From contig CALVHH010000008.1 of assembly GCA_944327465.1 (NCBI GenBank), positions 40-64,039 of the forward strand: a DNA stretch of 64,000 nucleotides. The letters run 5' to 3'. The notes beneath the pieces are model-generated. The model did no database searches, was not told where the DNA came from, and was given only the letters and a program-made list of their open reading frames with translations. The translations under genes and the position numbers were made by a program. Every line of letters begins with the position of its first letter. The first letter of the stretch is position 1. This document shows positions 30,577 to 38,678 of this stretch, piece by piece. The stretch comes from an uncultured Clostridia bacterium (GTDB lineage: Bacteria > Bacillota > Clostridia > Christensenellales > Borkfalkiaceae).

Positions 30577-30696
30577 GCGATATATTATTATATATAATGT
30601 AATATGGCGGCTGCACGGAAAAACTTCTTCGCGCAGCCATGTGATGCGGGCTATTAAAAATTATTAAATTTTTGTAAAATCGGCGTCGAAAATGAG

Positions 30697-30725
30697 TTGA
30701 CATAAAAAATGCTATTTGATATAAT
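30697..30725 (+). promoter_or_regulatory. Consensus sigma-A promoter of the tRNA operon
   Basis: TTGACA, 17 nt, TATAAT. Confidence 0.65.
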
Positions 30726-30782
30726 CTTTTAGCATTGAGTTGTGCGTAGGAACTCGCTCGTGCGTAGCTTGCGCACGCAAAT

Positions 30783-30856
30783 GCGGGTGTAGTTCAATGG
30801 TAGAACACTAGCCTTCCAAGCTGGTTGCGTGGGTTCGATTCCCATCACCCGCTCCA
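30783..30856 (+). tRNA. tRNA-Gly (TCC)
   Basis: Cloverleaf folded by hand. Anticodon loop CTTCCAA; GTTCGATTC T-loop; encoded CCA. Confidence 0.9.
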
Positions 30857-30887
30857 GTTATAAAAGGCTCGCGGCGCAATGCCATAT

Positions 30888-30961
30888 GCGCCTGTAGCTC
30901 AGTCGGATAGAGCAACGGCCTTCTAAGCCGTGTGTCGGGGGTTCGAATCTCTCCAGGCGCA
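30888..30961 (+). tRNA. tRNA-Arg (TCT)
   Basis: Anticodon arm ACGGC-CTTCTAA-GCCGT. The T-stem has two G-U pairs. No encoded CCA. Confidence 0.8.
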
Positions 30962-30967
30962 CCTTAT

Positions 30968-31044
30968 GGCGGGCGTAGCTCAATCGGTAGAGCGCCAGAT
31001 TGTGGCTCTGGAGGTAGCAAGTTCGAAACTTGTCGCCCGCCCCA
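30968..31044 (+). tRNA. tRNA-His (GTG)
   Basis: Extra 5-prime G(-1); anticodon arm CCAGA-TTGTGGC-TCTGG; encoded CCA. Confidence 0.9.
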
Positions 31045-31080
31045 CAAAAATTTAAAGCGCTTGCTTCCCAATTTGTTTAT

Positions 31081-31155
31081 TGGGGTGTCGCCAAGCGGTA
31101 AGGCACGGGATTTTGATTCCCGCATTCGTAGGTTCAAATCCTGCCACCCCAGCCA
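31081..31155 (+). tRNA. tRNA-Gln (TTG)
   Basis: U1-A72 start; anticodon arm CGGGA-TTTTGAT-TCCCG; encoded CCA. Confidence 0.9.
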
Positions 31156-31161
31156 ATTTCT

Positions 31162-31237
31162 GGTCCATTAGCTCAGTCGGCAGAGCACGTGACTTTTAAT
31201 CACGGTGTCCCGGGTTCGAATCTCGGATGGATCACCA
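31162..31237 (+). tRNA. tRNA-Lys (TTT)
   Basis: Anticodon arm CGTGA-CTTTTAA-TCACG; encoded CCA. Confidence 0.9.
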
Positions 31238-31281
31238 CGCCGTCTCGTATTTGTTAAAAAATACTTAATATATACATCCAA

Positions 31282-31309
31282 CGCGGGTTCGAATGCCTCC
31301 CGGATCACA
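31282..31309 (+). pseudogene. tRNA 3-prime half remnant (T-arm plus acceptor fragment)
   Basis: CGCGGGTTCGAATGCCTCCCGGATCAC resembles the T-loop and 3-prime acceptor (GGATCAC) of the neighbouring tRNA-Lys genes. No 5-prime half is present. Confidence 0.35.
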
Positions 31310-31329
31310 AAAAAAATTTAATAATGCAT

Positions 31330-31405
31330 GCACCTTTAGCTCAGTTGGTAGAGCAACTGACTCTTAATCAGTGGGCCGCGGGTTCGAGTCCCTCAAGGTG
31401 CACCA
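31330..31405 (+). tRNA. tRNA-Lys (CTT)
   Basis: Anticodon arm ACTGA-CTCTTAA-TCAGT; encoded CCA. One C-U mismatch in the T-stem by my fold. Confidence 0.75.
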
Positions 31406-31445
31406 AAATAAAATCGATAGTCAAAACTATCGATTTTATTTTTAT
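31406..31445 (+). terminator. Terminator of the tRNA operon
   Basis: AAAATCGATAGT-CAAA-ACTATCGATTTT followed by ATTTTT. Confidence 0.65.
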
Positions 31446-31553
31446 TATTGTGATTTTTTGAGTAACTGTATTTTACCAACGCTGAATCCATCTTTTGGAT
31501 AATTATTCTTTTTGGCGTATTCTTGATATGCTTTTTCGCGAGCAAGCATTTCA

Positions 31554-31964
31554 TTATTTGCATTTATTTGTATCTTTTGTATTGTCGATTCTTGTTTTCT
31601 CTTCATCCTTTATAATATCTGTTTTATAAAAAATTTTATAAATGCGGGCGTATTCGTTTTCGCACCGGCTGATACGATTGTCGTAGTTGTCAAGCTGGTT
31701 GTGTTCTTCGGAATACGTCTTATCCTCGATAAATAAAGCAGCCTTGCTGTTATCTTTTAAGGTTATCCATACTGAAATATCTATGTTGCACCATTGTGCC
31801 GTCGTATTCACGTCTTTGATGTCTTGGATGTCAATTGCGCAGAACTCATTCAACAGGTCTCCTGCGGCGTATTTAAGTTCGGTGTCGTCGAAATTCTCAA
31901 ACAGCCAACGCAAAAAAGCATCCTGTGAAAGTTCCCGAGTTGCATAATCAAATATATTTTTCAT
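31554..31964 (-). CDS. PD-(D/E)XK nuclease-like protein, probably truncated or frameshifted
   Basis: 136 aa in an AT-rich islet. D...ExK pattern (NIDISVWITL...ALFIEDK) and a GGAG SD. A 53-codon ORF in another frame (31445..31606) overlaps its 3-prime end and continues to the tRNA terminator. Confidence 0.5.
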   Translation of the reverse strand: MKNIFDYATRELSQDAFLRWLFENFDDTELKYAAGDLLNEFCAIDIQDIKDVNTTAQWCNIDISVWITLKDNSKAALFIEDKTYSEEHNQLDNYDNRISRCENEYARIYKIFYKTDIIKDEEKTRIDNTKDTNKCK

Positions 31965-32254
31965 GTTTATCTCCTTTTAGGTGTTTTAATCAATTTTTGG
32001 AATGCGCCTGCTTTAATCAACGACAGTATAGCAGGTCATGTGCGACATGTTTGGGACAGCTTAATAATATCATATATATTTTGCTTTTCAAGGGCGCTTT
32101 GCAAATTTGCCGCGCTCCATAAAATGACGGCGAACGCGCATAAATTATTACCTCGAAGCCGAAATCACGATATGATTCTTTAAAAAAGGTCCAGAGCAAA
32201 ATCCTCTGCGTCGTATGCCGTTAGAATTTGGTGAAATAAATTTTAAAAAATATA

Positions 32255-32283
32255 TTGACACGCTGTCAGAATACTGCTATAAT
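32255..32283 (+). promoter_or_regulatory. Consensus sigma-A promoter of the adh-flavodoxin-tetR operon
   Basis: TTGACA, 17 nt, TATAAT. Confidence 0.65.
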
Positions 32284-32304
32284 ATGACTACTGACATACT
32301 GTCA
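32256..32304 (+). promoter_or_regulatory. Two palindromic operator candidates TGACA-N3-TGTCA
   Basis: TGACACGCTGTCA at 32256..32268 (overlapping the -35) and TGACATACTGTCA at 32292..32304 (just downstream of the -10). Confidence 0.45.
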
Positions 32305-32339
32305 GAATAAATGGCAAAGCATTTCAAGGAGGAATTTCA

Positions 32340-33509
32340 ATGCTCGGCAATTTCACTTACTGCAATCCCACAAAGCTTTATTTCGGCAAGGGCGCCATAA
32401 AATATCTCAACGACGAACTGCCCAAATACGGCAAAAAGGTGGTGCTCATCTACGGCGGCGGTTCCATAAAAAAGAACGGCATCTACGATGAGGTCATCGA
32501 TATTCTCAAGTCAAACGGCAAGGACGTGGCAGAAATATCGGGCGTTATGCCCAATCCCACGGTCGTAAAGCTGTACGAGGGCATGGATATAGCACGGCGT
32601 CACGGCGCCGACCTGCTGCTCGCAGTCGGCGGCGGCTCGGTGTGCGACTATGCCAAGGCGCTGGCGGTTTCGGTGCACTGCGAGGGCGACCCCTGGGAAA
32701 AGTACTACATCAGGTTCGAAGAACCCGTCTGCCCCGTCGTGCCCGTAGGCTGCGTGCTCACCATGGTGGGCACGGGCAGCGAGATGAACGCGGGCTCGGT
32801 CATCACCAACCATGCGCAGAAGCTCAAGATAGGTCACGTGTTTGCCGATGAAAGCATCATGCCCAGGTTTTCGGTGCTCGACCCCGTCTATACGCTCACG
32901 CTGCCGCACTATCAGATGGTGGCGGGCATATACGATATTTTCAGCCACATCTGCGAACAGTATTTTTCGGGCGAGGACGACAACACCAGCGATTATATCA
33001 GCGAAGGTCTGTTCAGGTCGCTGCTCACATCGTCGCGTATTGCAAATACCGACATGCAAAATTACGAGGCGCGTTCCAACATAATGTGGACGGCGACATG
33101 GGCGCTCAATACTCTCGTTTCCCGCGGAAAGACTACCGACTGGATGGTGCACATGCTCGGTCAGGCGGTCGGCGCATATACCGACGCCACCCACGGCATG
33201 ACGCTTGCCGCCGTGTCCATGGCATACTACCGCCACATCCTGCCCTACGGTCTCAAAAAGTTTGTGCGCTTTGCCCAAAACGTGTGGGGCGTCTCGCCCG
33301 AAGGCAAGAGCGATGAGCAGATTGCCTGCGAAGGTCTCGCCGCAATGGAGAGCTGGATGAAGGAGCTCGGGCTTGTCATGAACCTTACCGACCTCGGCGT
33401 CACAGCCGATATGGTAGAAGGCATTGCCGACAGCACGCTCGTGATGCAGGGCGGCTACAAGGTGCTTGACCGCGCCGAGATAGTCGAAATTATAAAGGCG
33501 AGCCTTTAA
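32340..33509 (+). CDS. Iron-containing (group III) alcohol dehydrogenase
   Basis: 389 aa with AGGAGG SD. GGGS NAD-binding motif (IYGGGSIKK, AVGGGSVCDYAK) and His-rich metal site; butanol-dehydrogenase/YqhD-like. Confidence 0.85.
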   Translation: MLGNFTYCNPTKLYFGKGAIKYLNDELPKYGKKVVLIYGGGSIKKNGIYDEVIDILKSNGKDVAEISGVMPNPTVVKLYEGMDIARRHGADLLLAVGGGSVCDYAKALAVSVHCEGDPWEKYYIRFEEPVCPVVPVGCVLTMVGTGSEMNAGSVITNHAQKLKIGHVFADESIMPRFSVLDPVYTLTLPHYQMVAGIYDIFSHICEQYFSGEDDNTSDYISEGLFRSLLTSSRIANTDMQNYEARSNIMWTATWALNTLVSRGKTTDWMVHMLGQAVGAYTDATHGMTLAAVSMAYYRHILPYGLKKFVRFAQNVWGVSPEGKSDEQIACEGLAAMESWMKELGLVMNLTDLGVTADMVEGIADSTLVMQGGYKVLDRAEIVEIIKASL

Positions 33510-33532
33510 ATTAGGTTGCCGTGAGGTGTAAC

Positions 33533-33997
33533 ATGAATAGCAGAATACTTATTGCATATTTTTCGGCAAGCGGCGTCACCGCAAAAGCGGCGGAAGAAAT
33601 TGCCGCTGCCGTCGGCGGCGACCTCTACGAAATAGTGCCCGCGCAGCGCTATACTGCTGCCGACCTCGACTGGACGGATAAGCGCAGCCGCAGCACTGCA
33701 GAAATGTCTGATGCTGCATGCCGCCCGCAGATAGCGGGGGCACTGCCCGACCTTTCGGGCTACGACGTCGTGTTTATCGGCTTCCCCGTGTGGTGGTATG
33801 TAGAGCCCCGCATAGTGGATACCTTCCTTGAAAGCTGCGACTTTTCGGGCAAGACAATAATACCCTTTGCCACTTCGGGCGGCAGCGGCATATCCGGCGC
33901 CGAAAAGAGCATGAAGTCGCTCTGCCCCTCGGCAAAATTTGTCAGGGGCAAGCTCGTCAACGCCGGTGCGGGCGCATGGGCAAAGACTGTCGTTTAA
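33533..33997 (+). CDS. Flavodoxin family protein
   Basis: 154 aa from ATG 33533. N-terminal ILIAYFSASGVT FMN-phosphate loop; FPVWWY segment. Confidence 0.75.
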   Translation: MNSRILIAYFSASGVTAKAAEEIAAAVGGDLYEIVPAQRYTAADLDWTDKRSRSTAEMSDAACRPQIAGALPDLSGYDVVFIGFPVWWYVEPRIVDTFLESCDFSGKTIIPFATSGGSGISGAEKSMKSLCPSAKFVRGKLVNAGAGAWAKTVV

Positions 33998-34009
33998 AGG
34001 CGGTGCGTC

Positions 34010-34630
34010 ATGCCTAAAGGTTCGCCCGAACTGACAAACGCAAGGCGGTGCGAAATTGTCGAAGCGTGTGCGCAGCTCTATCGCACGCTGCCGTTTAAGG
34101 ACATAACTATAGGGCTGATAAGCGCAAAGACGTCGTTTACGCGCACCTCCGTCTACAATTATTTCCGCACCAAGGAGGAGATATTTTTAGCCCTTCTCGA
34201 AAGGGAGTACGCCGCGTGGATAGCCGACCTCGACGCGCTGTCGCGGCGCGGCGTGCCTCGCGAAGAGTTTGCGCAGGCGTTTTCTCGGCTGCTCGAAGAC
34301 AGACAGTGCATGCTGCGGCTGATGTCGATGAACCTCTATGACATGGAGGCGGGCAGCGGCATGGACGCCCTCGTCAGGTTCAAGCGCGTGTACAACGACT
34401 CCATAAATGCGGTCGTCCGCTGCCTCAAACGCCACTTTCCGTCCTGCACCGACGATACGGCGTATGGCTTCGTGTACTCGTTCTATCCCTTTTTGTTCGG
34501 CGTATATCCCTACACGTCGCCCACCGATAAGCAGGTGGCGGCAATGGAGGCGGCGCACGTTAGCTATAAAAATTATACCGTCTCTCAAATCACCTGCGAA
34601 CTCGTGCGCAAGCTGATATCCGTATTTTAA
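34010..34630 (+). CDS. TetR/AcrR family transcriptional regulator
   Basis: 206 aa. N-terminal HTH (FKDITIGLISAKTSFTRTSVYNYFRTKEE). Confidence 0.8.
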   Translation: MPKGSPELTNARRCEIVEACAQLYRTLPFKDITIGLISAKTSFTRTSVYNYFRTKEEIFLALLEREYAAWIADLDALSRRGVPREEFAQAFSRLLEDRQCMLRLMSMNLYDMEAGSGMDALVRFKRVYNDSINAVVRCLKRHFPSCTDDTAYGFVYSFYPFLFGVYPYTSPTDKQVAAMEAAHVSYKNYTVSQITCELVRKLISVF

Positions 34631-34638
34631 TTTTATCG

Positions 34639-34668
34639 CGGCGGCGCGGAAAATTTTCCGCGCCGCCG
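34639..34668. terminator. Terminator hairpin
   Basis: Perfect palindrome CGGCGGCGCGGAAAATTTTCCGCGCCGCCG. Confidence 0.6.
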
Positions 34669-34676
34669 TTGCATAT

Positions 34677-34711
34677 ATTGCGGGCGGCAGGTTTTACCTG
34701 CCGCCCGCAAT
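34677..34711. terminator. Terminator hairpin
   Basis: ATTGCGGGCGGCAGG-TTTTA-CCTGCCGCCCGCAAT followed by a T run, between convergent genes. Confidence 0.6.
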
Positions 34712-34717
34712 ATGTTT

Positions 34718-35230
34718 TTATTTGTTGCCGCTCTTCATGGCATCGTCTATGTCCGCCTTTACGGACAGGGGGTCTTTAAGGAATTTTATCCTGTAAAGAT
34801 TGTTGTGCTTGTCGAATATCCTCAGCCCGCCCCTGTCAAGTATTGTGCGCATCGAAGTGTAGGGACCTATGTTTTGCCCGTTTGTGCGCACTTCGTCAAT
34901 GTTTTCAAAGGCGAGGCAGCGCCATTTGTTCGCCGACCAAAAGAATATGCCGTCGTCCGAGCGCTTTACGGGCTGCTTAGGGGTGAGCATAAATGTTATC
35001 GCCTCCCAAATGCACAGCGCTATCATCATGCCGCCCGCTATTATAATGATAAGGAACAGCGACTGCGCGTTCGCGTAAAAGACGATCGCCGCGGCTATTA
35101 TCGCCGCCCACATTGCGCCAAACAGCGCTATCACGACCATGCTGTTGCCGTTTTTTTGCGCAATCGGTTCGGCATGTGCAAGCCGTTCGTCGCCCTTTTG
35201 TATTTCGCAGTCTTTAAGGTAAGAACTCAT
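34718..35230 (-). CDS. Hypothetical membrane protein (2 TM plus small soluble domain)
   Basis: 170-aa ORF with two adjacent hydrophobic helices. No motif recognised. Confidence 0.45.
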   Translation of the reverse strand: MSSYLKDCEIQKGDERLAHAEPIAQKNGNSMVVIALFGAMWAAIIAAAIVFYANAQSLFLIIIIAGGMMIALCIWEAITFMLTPKQPVKRSDDGIFFWSANKWRCLAFENIDEVRTNGQNIGPYTSMRTILDRGGLRIFDKHNNLYRIKFLKDPLSVKADIDDAMKSGNK

Positions 35231-35336
35231 ATGCTTTATACTCCGCCCGCCGCAAGCTGCGGCTATGCCTCAATTTTACCGCATATCGCGGCAAAAAGCA
35301 ATGATTTTATGCCCCGCTCGCAATTTGAGTATAAAA

Positions 35337-35363
35337 CAGCCCCGCACATGCTGTGCGGGGCTG
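35337..35363 (-). terminator. Terminator of the minus-strand tRNA operon
   Basis: CAGCCCCGCACA-TGC-TGTGCGGGGCTG flanked by A and T runs, immediately downstream of tRNA-Val. Confidence 0.55.
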
Positions 35364-35368
35364 TTTTG

Positions 35369-35445
35369 TGGTGAAGATGATTGGACTCGAACCAACGACC
35401 TCTACCATGTCAAGGTAGCGTTCTAACCAACTGAACTACACCTTC
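35369..35445 (-). tRNA. tRNA-Val (GAC)
   Basis: Minus strand. Anticodon arm CTACC-TTGACAT-GGTAG; encoded CCA. Confidence 0.8.
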
Positions 35446-35514
35446 AGTTTATTCCCCTCCGAAGAGCGGGAATATTCAAAGCGGGAATACAACTAAAAAG
35501 TTGCACTCCCGTTG

Positions 35515-35589
35515 TGGTGACCCGTACGGGACTCGAACCCATGATACCACCGTGAAAGGGTGGTGTCTTAACCGCTTGACCAACGGGCC
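35515..35589 (-). tRNA. tRNA-Glu (TTC)
   Basis: Minus strand. Anticodon arm CCACC-CTTTCAC-GGTGG; encoded CCA. Confidence 0.85.
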
Positions 35590-35657
35590 GTATGTGCGAT
35601 TGCATGGCAATATGCCGCAATCATATTATGTATTCGCCTTGCGGCGCAATTTTTTAA

Positions 35658-35735
35658 TGGTAGCGACGGGTGGATTCGAACCGCCGACCTGCCGGGTATG
35701 AACCGGCCGCTATAGACCAACTAAGCTACGTCGCC
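35658..35735 (-). tRNA. tRNA-Met (CAT), elongator type (could instead be the lysidine-modified Ile2)
   Basis: Minus strand. G1-C72 pair; anticodon arm GCCGG-TTCATAC-CCGGC; encoded CCA. Confidence 0.8.
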
Positions 35736-35761
35736 AAAAATTAAACGTGCGTAAACAGAGA

Positions 35762-35839
<78 letters not shown>

Positions 35840-35868
35840 ATAAGCGTTGCGCACGTTCAAGCTTTATT

Positions 35869-35897
35869 ATCATATAGTATGCCATGCTTTTTGTCAA
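35869..35897 (-). promoter_or_regulatory. Sigma-A promoter of the minus-strand tRNA operon
   Basis: Minus strand reads TTGACA, 17 nt, TATGAT. Confidence 0.65.
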
Positions 35898-35946
35898 CTG
35901 TTTTTTGGGCTGTATACAAAAAATTGTGATATTTATTTTTATAATA

Positions 35947-35976
35947 TTGCAAAATCGCCGTCGGGTGTGCTATAAT
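35947..35976 (+). promoter_or_regulatory. Extended -10 promoter of tilS (leaderless geometry)
   Basis: TTGCAA, 18 nt, TGcTATAAT. The -10 box ends 6 nt before ATG 35983 and there is no SD. Confidence 0.55.
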
Positions 35977-35982
35977 TTGATC

Positions 35983-37380
35983 ATGAACATCGACCTTTCC
36001 CGCTATGCGGGCAAAAAAATATGCGTCGCCTGCTCGGGCGGCAGGGACTCCATGGCGCTTTTGTACTATCTCTACAACAACCGCGCCATGTTCGGCATAA
36101 CGCTTTCGGCGCTCAACTGCGACCACGGCATGCGCGGCAAGACTTCTGCCCGCGACAGCGCGTTCGTAGCCGGGCAGTGCGCAAAGCTGGGCGTGCCGCT
36201 GCTCTCTTTCAGGGCGCAAGGCGGATTTGCGGGCGAATCGCAGGCGCGGCTCTGGCGGGTGTTCGGCTGCTATGCCGTCGCGCTCCTTAGCGACGGGCAG
36301 TGGAATGAGAGCAGGGCGTACGCTTCGCTGTCTTCTCCCCCTCAGATACATTCCCTCGACGGCAGGTGGAGGGGGTGCGACTGCATAGCCACGGCGCACC
36401 ACATGGACGACAATGCCGAAACGGTGCTGTTCAACCTCGCCAGGGGTTCGGCGCTCGCCGGCGTGTGCGGCATACGCGATGAAATTTATGCCGACGGCAC
36501 TTCGGTGGTGCACCCGCTTACGGGCGTTTCGCGCAGGGATATCGAAAATTATATCGCCGATAACGGCATCGACTATGTCGATGACGAGAGCAACTTCACC
36601 GACGACTACACCCGCAACTATATCCGCCACAACGTCCTGCCCGCACTCAACGAGGCGGTGCCCGGCGCAACGGCGGCAATATACCGCTTTTCCCGCCTCG
36701 CCGCCGAGGACGAAGAATACCTTTCCAACCTCGCCGCCGCGCTCGTTGCGGCAATTTCGCCGCGGGTCACGTGTATAAGACACTGCGAAGAGAAGGTCAT
36801 CTTCCGCCGCGCCGCAATTTCCGTCATCGAAAAGTACGGCAAAAAGGACTATACGTCGCTGCATGCCCGCAGGCTGTACGAGCTGCAGTTTGCCGAAAGC
36901 GGCAAAAAGTTCGCCTTTCTCGGGCTCACCGCCTACAACGAAGGCGGCGACGTCGTCATCGCCGAAGAGTGCGCCGAAGCCGGGGAGGAAGAGGTTTTAT
37001 GTTCCCGACTGCTCGGGGAGGGCTGCGTCACGCTCGGCGGTCAGCCCGTCACTATCGTTCGCGACGACAGTTGCCCTTCGCCCGGCGGACTGCCCTGCAA
37101 GGTGCTCGCCTGCGACGGCGGGCTCATCCCCGAAGAGGCGGTGGTGCGCACCTGCCGCAGCGGCGATAAATTCAAAAAGTTTGGCGGCGGAACAAAGAGC
37201 CTCGGCGACTTCTTCACCGATAAAAAGATACCCGTCAGGCTGCGCCATAGCATACCGCTCATAGCCTGTGGCAGCGAGGTGCTCGTCGTGTGCGGGGTGG
37301 AGATATCCGAAGGCGTAAAGGTAACGCCGCAGACAAAAAACGTGCTGCGCATCTGCGCGTACGACTATTCAAAATTGTGA
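35983..37380 (+). CDS. tilS: tRNA(Ile)-lysidine synthase
   Basis: 465 aa. PP-loop CVACSGGRDSMAL and ATAHHMDDNAETVLFNLARG. Upstream of hpt, as in Bacillus. Confidence 0.85.
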   Translation: MNIDLSRYAGKKICVACSGGRDSMALLYYLYNNRAMFGITLSALNCDHGMRGKTSARDSAFVAGQCAKLGVPLLSFRAQGGFAGESQARLWRVFGCYAVALLSDGQWNESRAYASLSSPPQIHSLDGRWRGCDCIATAHHMDDNAETVLFNLARGSALAGVCGIRDEIYADGTSVVHPLTGVSRRDIENYIADNGIDYVDDESNFTDDYTRNYIRHNVLPALNEAVPGATAAIYRFSRLAAEDEEYLSNLAAALVAAISPRVTCIRHCEEKVIFRRAAISVIEKYGKKDYTSLHARRLYELQFAESGKKFAFLGLTAYNEGGDVVIAEECAEAGEEEVLCSRLLGEGCVTLGGQPVTIVRDDSCPSPGGLPCKVLACDGGLIPEEAVVRTCRSGDKFKKFGGGTKSLGDFFTDKKIPVRLRHSIPLIACGSEVLVVCGVEISEGVKVTPQTKNVLRICAYDYSKL

Positions 37381-37428
37381 CGCGTGCGGCAGTATGCCGC
37401 AAATAATATAATTTCAGGGGTGCAATAT

Positions 37429-37770
37429 ATGCCTTTTATAGACTGCAAAATCACAAAAAAACTCAACGACGGACAAAAGGAGGGCATAAAGAGCGCCCTC
37501 GGCAGCGCCATCGTCAACCTTCACAAGACCGAAAGTTACCTCATGGTCGGCATTGCCGACGGCTACGACTTATACTTTGCCGGCAAAAAGCTTGAAGCCG
37601 GCGCCTTTGTCGACGTCCGCGCCTTCGGCGAAGTGTCGCACGCCGACTGCGACAGGATGACCGCCGCAATCTGCAGCGCGCTTTCGTCGGTCGCCGGCAT
37701 TCAGCCTTCGGGCGTTTACGTCACCTACCGCGGCTACGCCGACTGGGGCTGGAACGGCGGAAACTTTTAA
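37429..37770 (+). CDS. Tautomerase/MIF superfamily protein (tentative)
   Basis: 113 aa starting MPFIDCKI (Pro-1 after Met removal). Size and beta-alpha-beta pattern fit MIF/PptA-like tautomerases. Confidence 0.5.
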   Translation: MPFIDCKITKKLNDGQKEGIKSALGSAIVNLHKTESYLMVGIADGYDLYFAGKKLEAGAFVDVRAFGEVSHADCDRMTAAICSALSSVAGIQPSGVYVTYRGYADWGWNGGNF

Positions 37771-37781
37771 ACGGTACGGCT

Positions 37782-38321
37782 ATGGGCGCAGATATCGAAA
37801 GCATACTCTTTTCAAGTGAGCGCATCGCCGAACGCGTCGCGCAGCTCGCGCGCTCGCTCGACGCCGCGTTCCAAGGCACATATCCTCTTGCGGTAGGCAT
37901 CCTCAAGGGCAGTTTCATGTTCTTTGCCGACCTCGTCCGCGCAATGAGCCTGCCCGTGCAGACCGACTTCATGTGCGTGTCCACATACGGCTCCGGCACG
38001 ACTTCGCAGGGCAGGCTGACTATAAAAAAGGATACCGACGCCTCCGTTGCGGGCAGGGACGTCATAATAGTGGAGGACATAATCGACAGCGGCTTTACGC
38101 TTGAAAACGTAAGGCGGATATTTTTGGAGCGCGGCGCGCGTTCCGTCACCATAGTCACGCTGCTCGATAAGCCCTCCCGCCGCACCGCGGCGCTGCAGCC
38201 CGACTACCGCGGCTTTGTTATAGGCGACGAATTCGTCGTCGGCTACGGTCTGGACTATGCCGAAAAGTACCGCTCGCTGCCGTATATAGGCGTACTTTCG
38301 CGCAGCGTTTACGAAAAATAA
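37782..38321 (+). CDS. hpt: Hypoxanthine phosphoribosyltransferase
   Basis: 179 aa. PRPP motif VIIVEDIIDSGFTL and the C-terminal DEFVVGYGLDYAEKYRSLPYIGV. Confidence 0.9.
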   Translation: MGADIESILFSSERIAERVAQLARSLDAAFQGTYPLAVGILKGSFMFFADLVRAMSLPVQTDFMCVSTYGSGTTSQGRLTIKKDTDASVAGRDVIIVEDIIDSGFTLENVRRIFLERGARSVTIVTLLDKPSRRTAALQPDYRGFVIGDEFVVGYGLDYAEKYRSLPYIGVLSRSVYEK

Positions 38322-38340
38322 TTTATTTAAGTATGCACTT

Positions 38341-38381
38341 TTTTGCCGTGCGGACGCATAAAATGCGCCCGCACGGCAAAA
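38341..38381 (+). terminator. Terminator after hpt
   Basis: TTTTGCCGTGCGG...CCGCACGGCAAAA long hairpin, then CTTTTAT. Confidence 0.65.
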
Positions 38382-38397
38382 ACTTTTATAAGGAGAT

Positions 38398-38646
38398 ATG
38401 TCTATGGTAATTGTAAATCTCATTTCTTATATCCTCGTCCTTCTGGGCGCGGTCAACTGGGGGCTGTACGGCATCTGGGGCTTCAACCTCGTGGGCTGGA
38501 TATTTCAGGACGCCCGCGCCGTCGGCTCGGTAATCGTCTATATAGTCATCGCCGTGGCGGCGCTCTGGCTGATAATTTCGCCCATCATAACGGGCAGAGG
38601 ATTGCTTCTCTCTTCGCGCGGTCGCGAAGAACACGCCCGCGGCTGA
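38398..38646 (+). CDS. DUF378 family small membrane protein
   Basis: 82 aa with AAGGAG SD. The LLGAVNWGLYGIWGFNLV motif is characteristic of DUF378. Confidence 0.7.
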   Translation: MSMVIVNLISYILVLLGAVNWGLYGIWGFNLVGWIFQDARAVGSVIVYIVIAVAALWLIISPIITGRGLLLSSRGREEHARG

Positions 38647-38678
38647 CAGCCCCGTTCGGGGTCGGGCGTATAGCATGT

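Noticed and set aside
30932-31171. 79-aa ORF across the plus-strand tRNA cluster (and the analogous 35501..35701 ORF)
   Set aside because: Both are entirely composed of tRNA gene sequence.
31925-32199. Small ORFs (65 aa plus strand, 60 aa minus strand) in the AT-rich islet
   Set aside because: No SD, overlapping each other on opposite strands, and no recognisable motif. Treated as non-coding islet DNA.
35857-36864. 335-aa minus-strand ORF opposite tilS
   Set aside because: It is antisense to tilS (PP-loop motif present on the plus strand) and overlaps the tRNA operon promoter. Shadow ORF.
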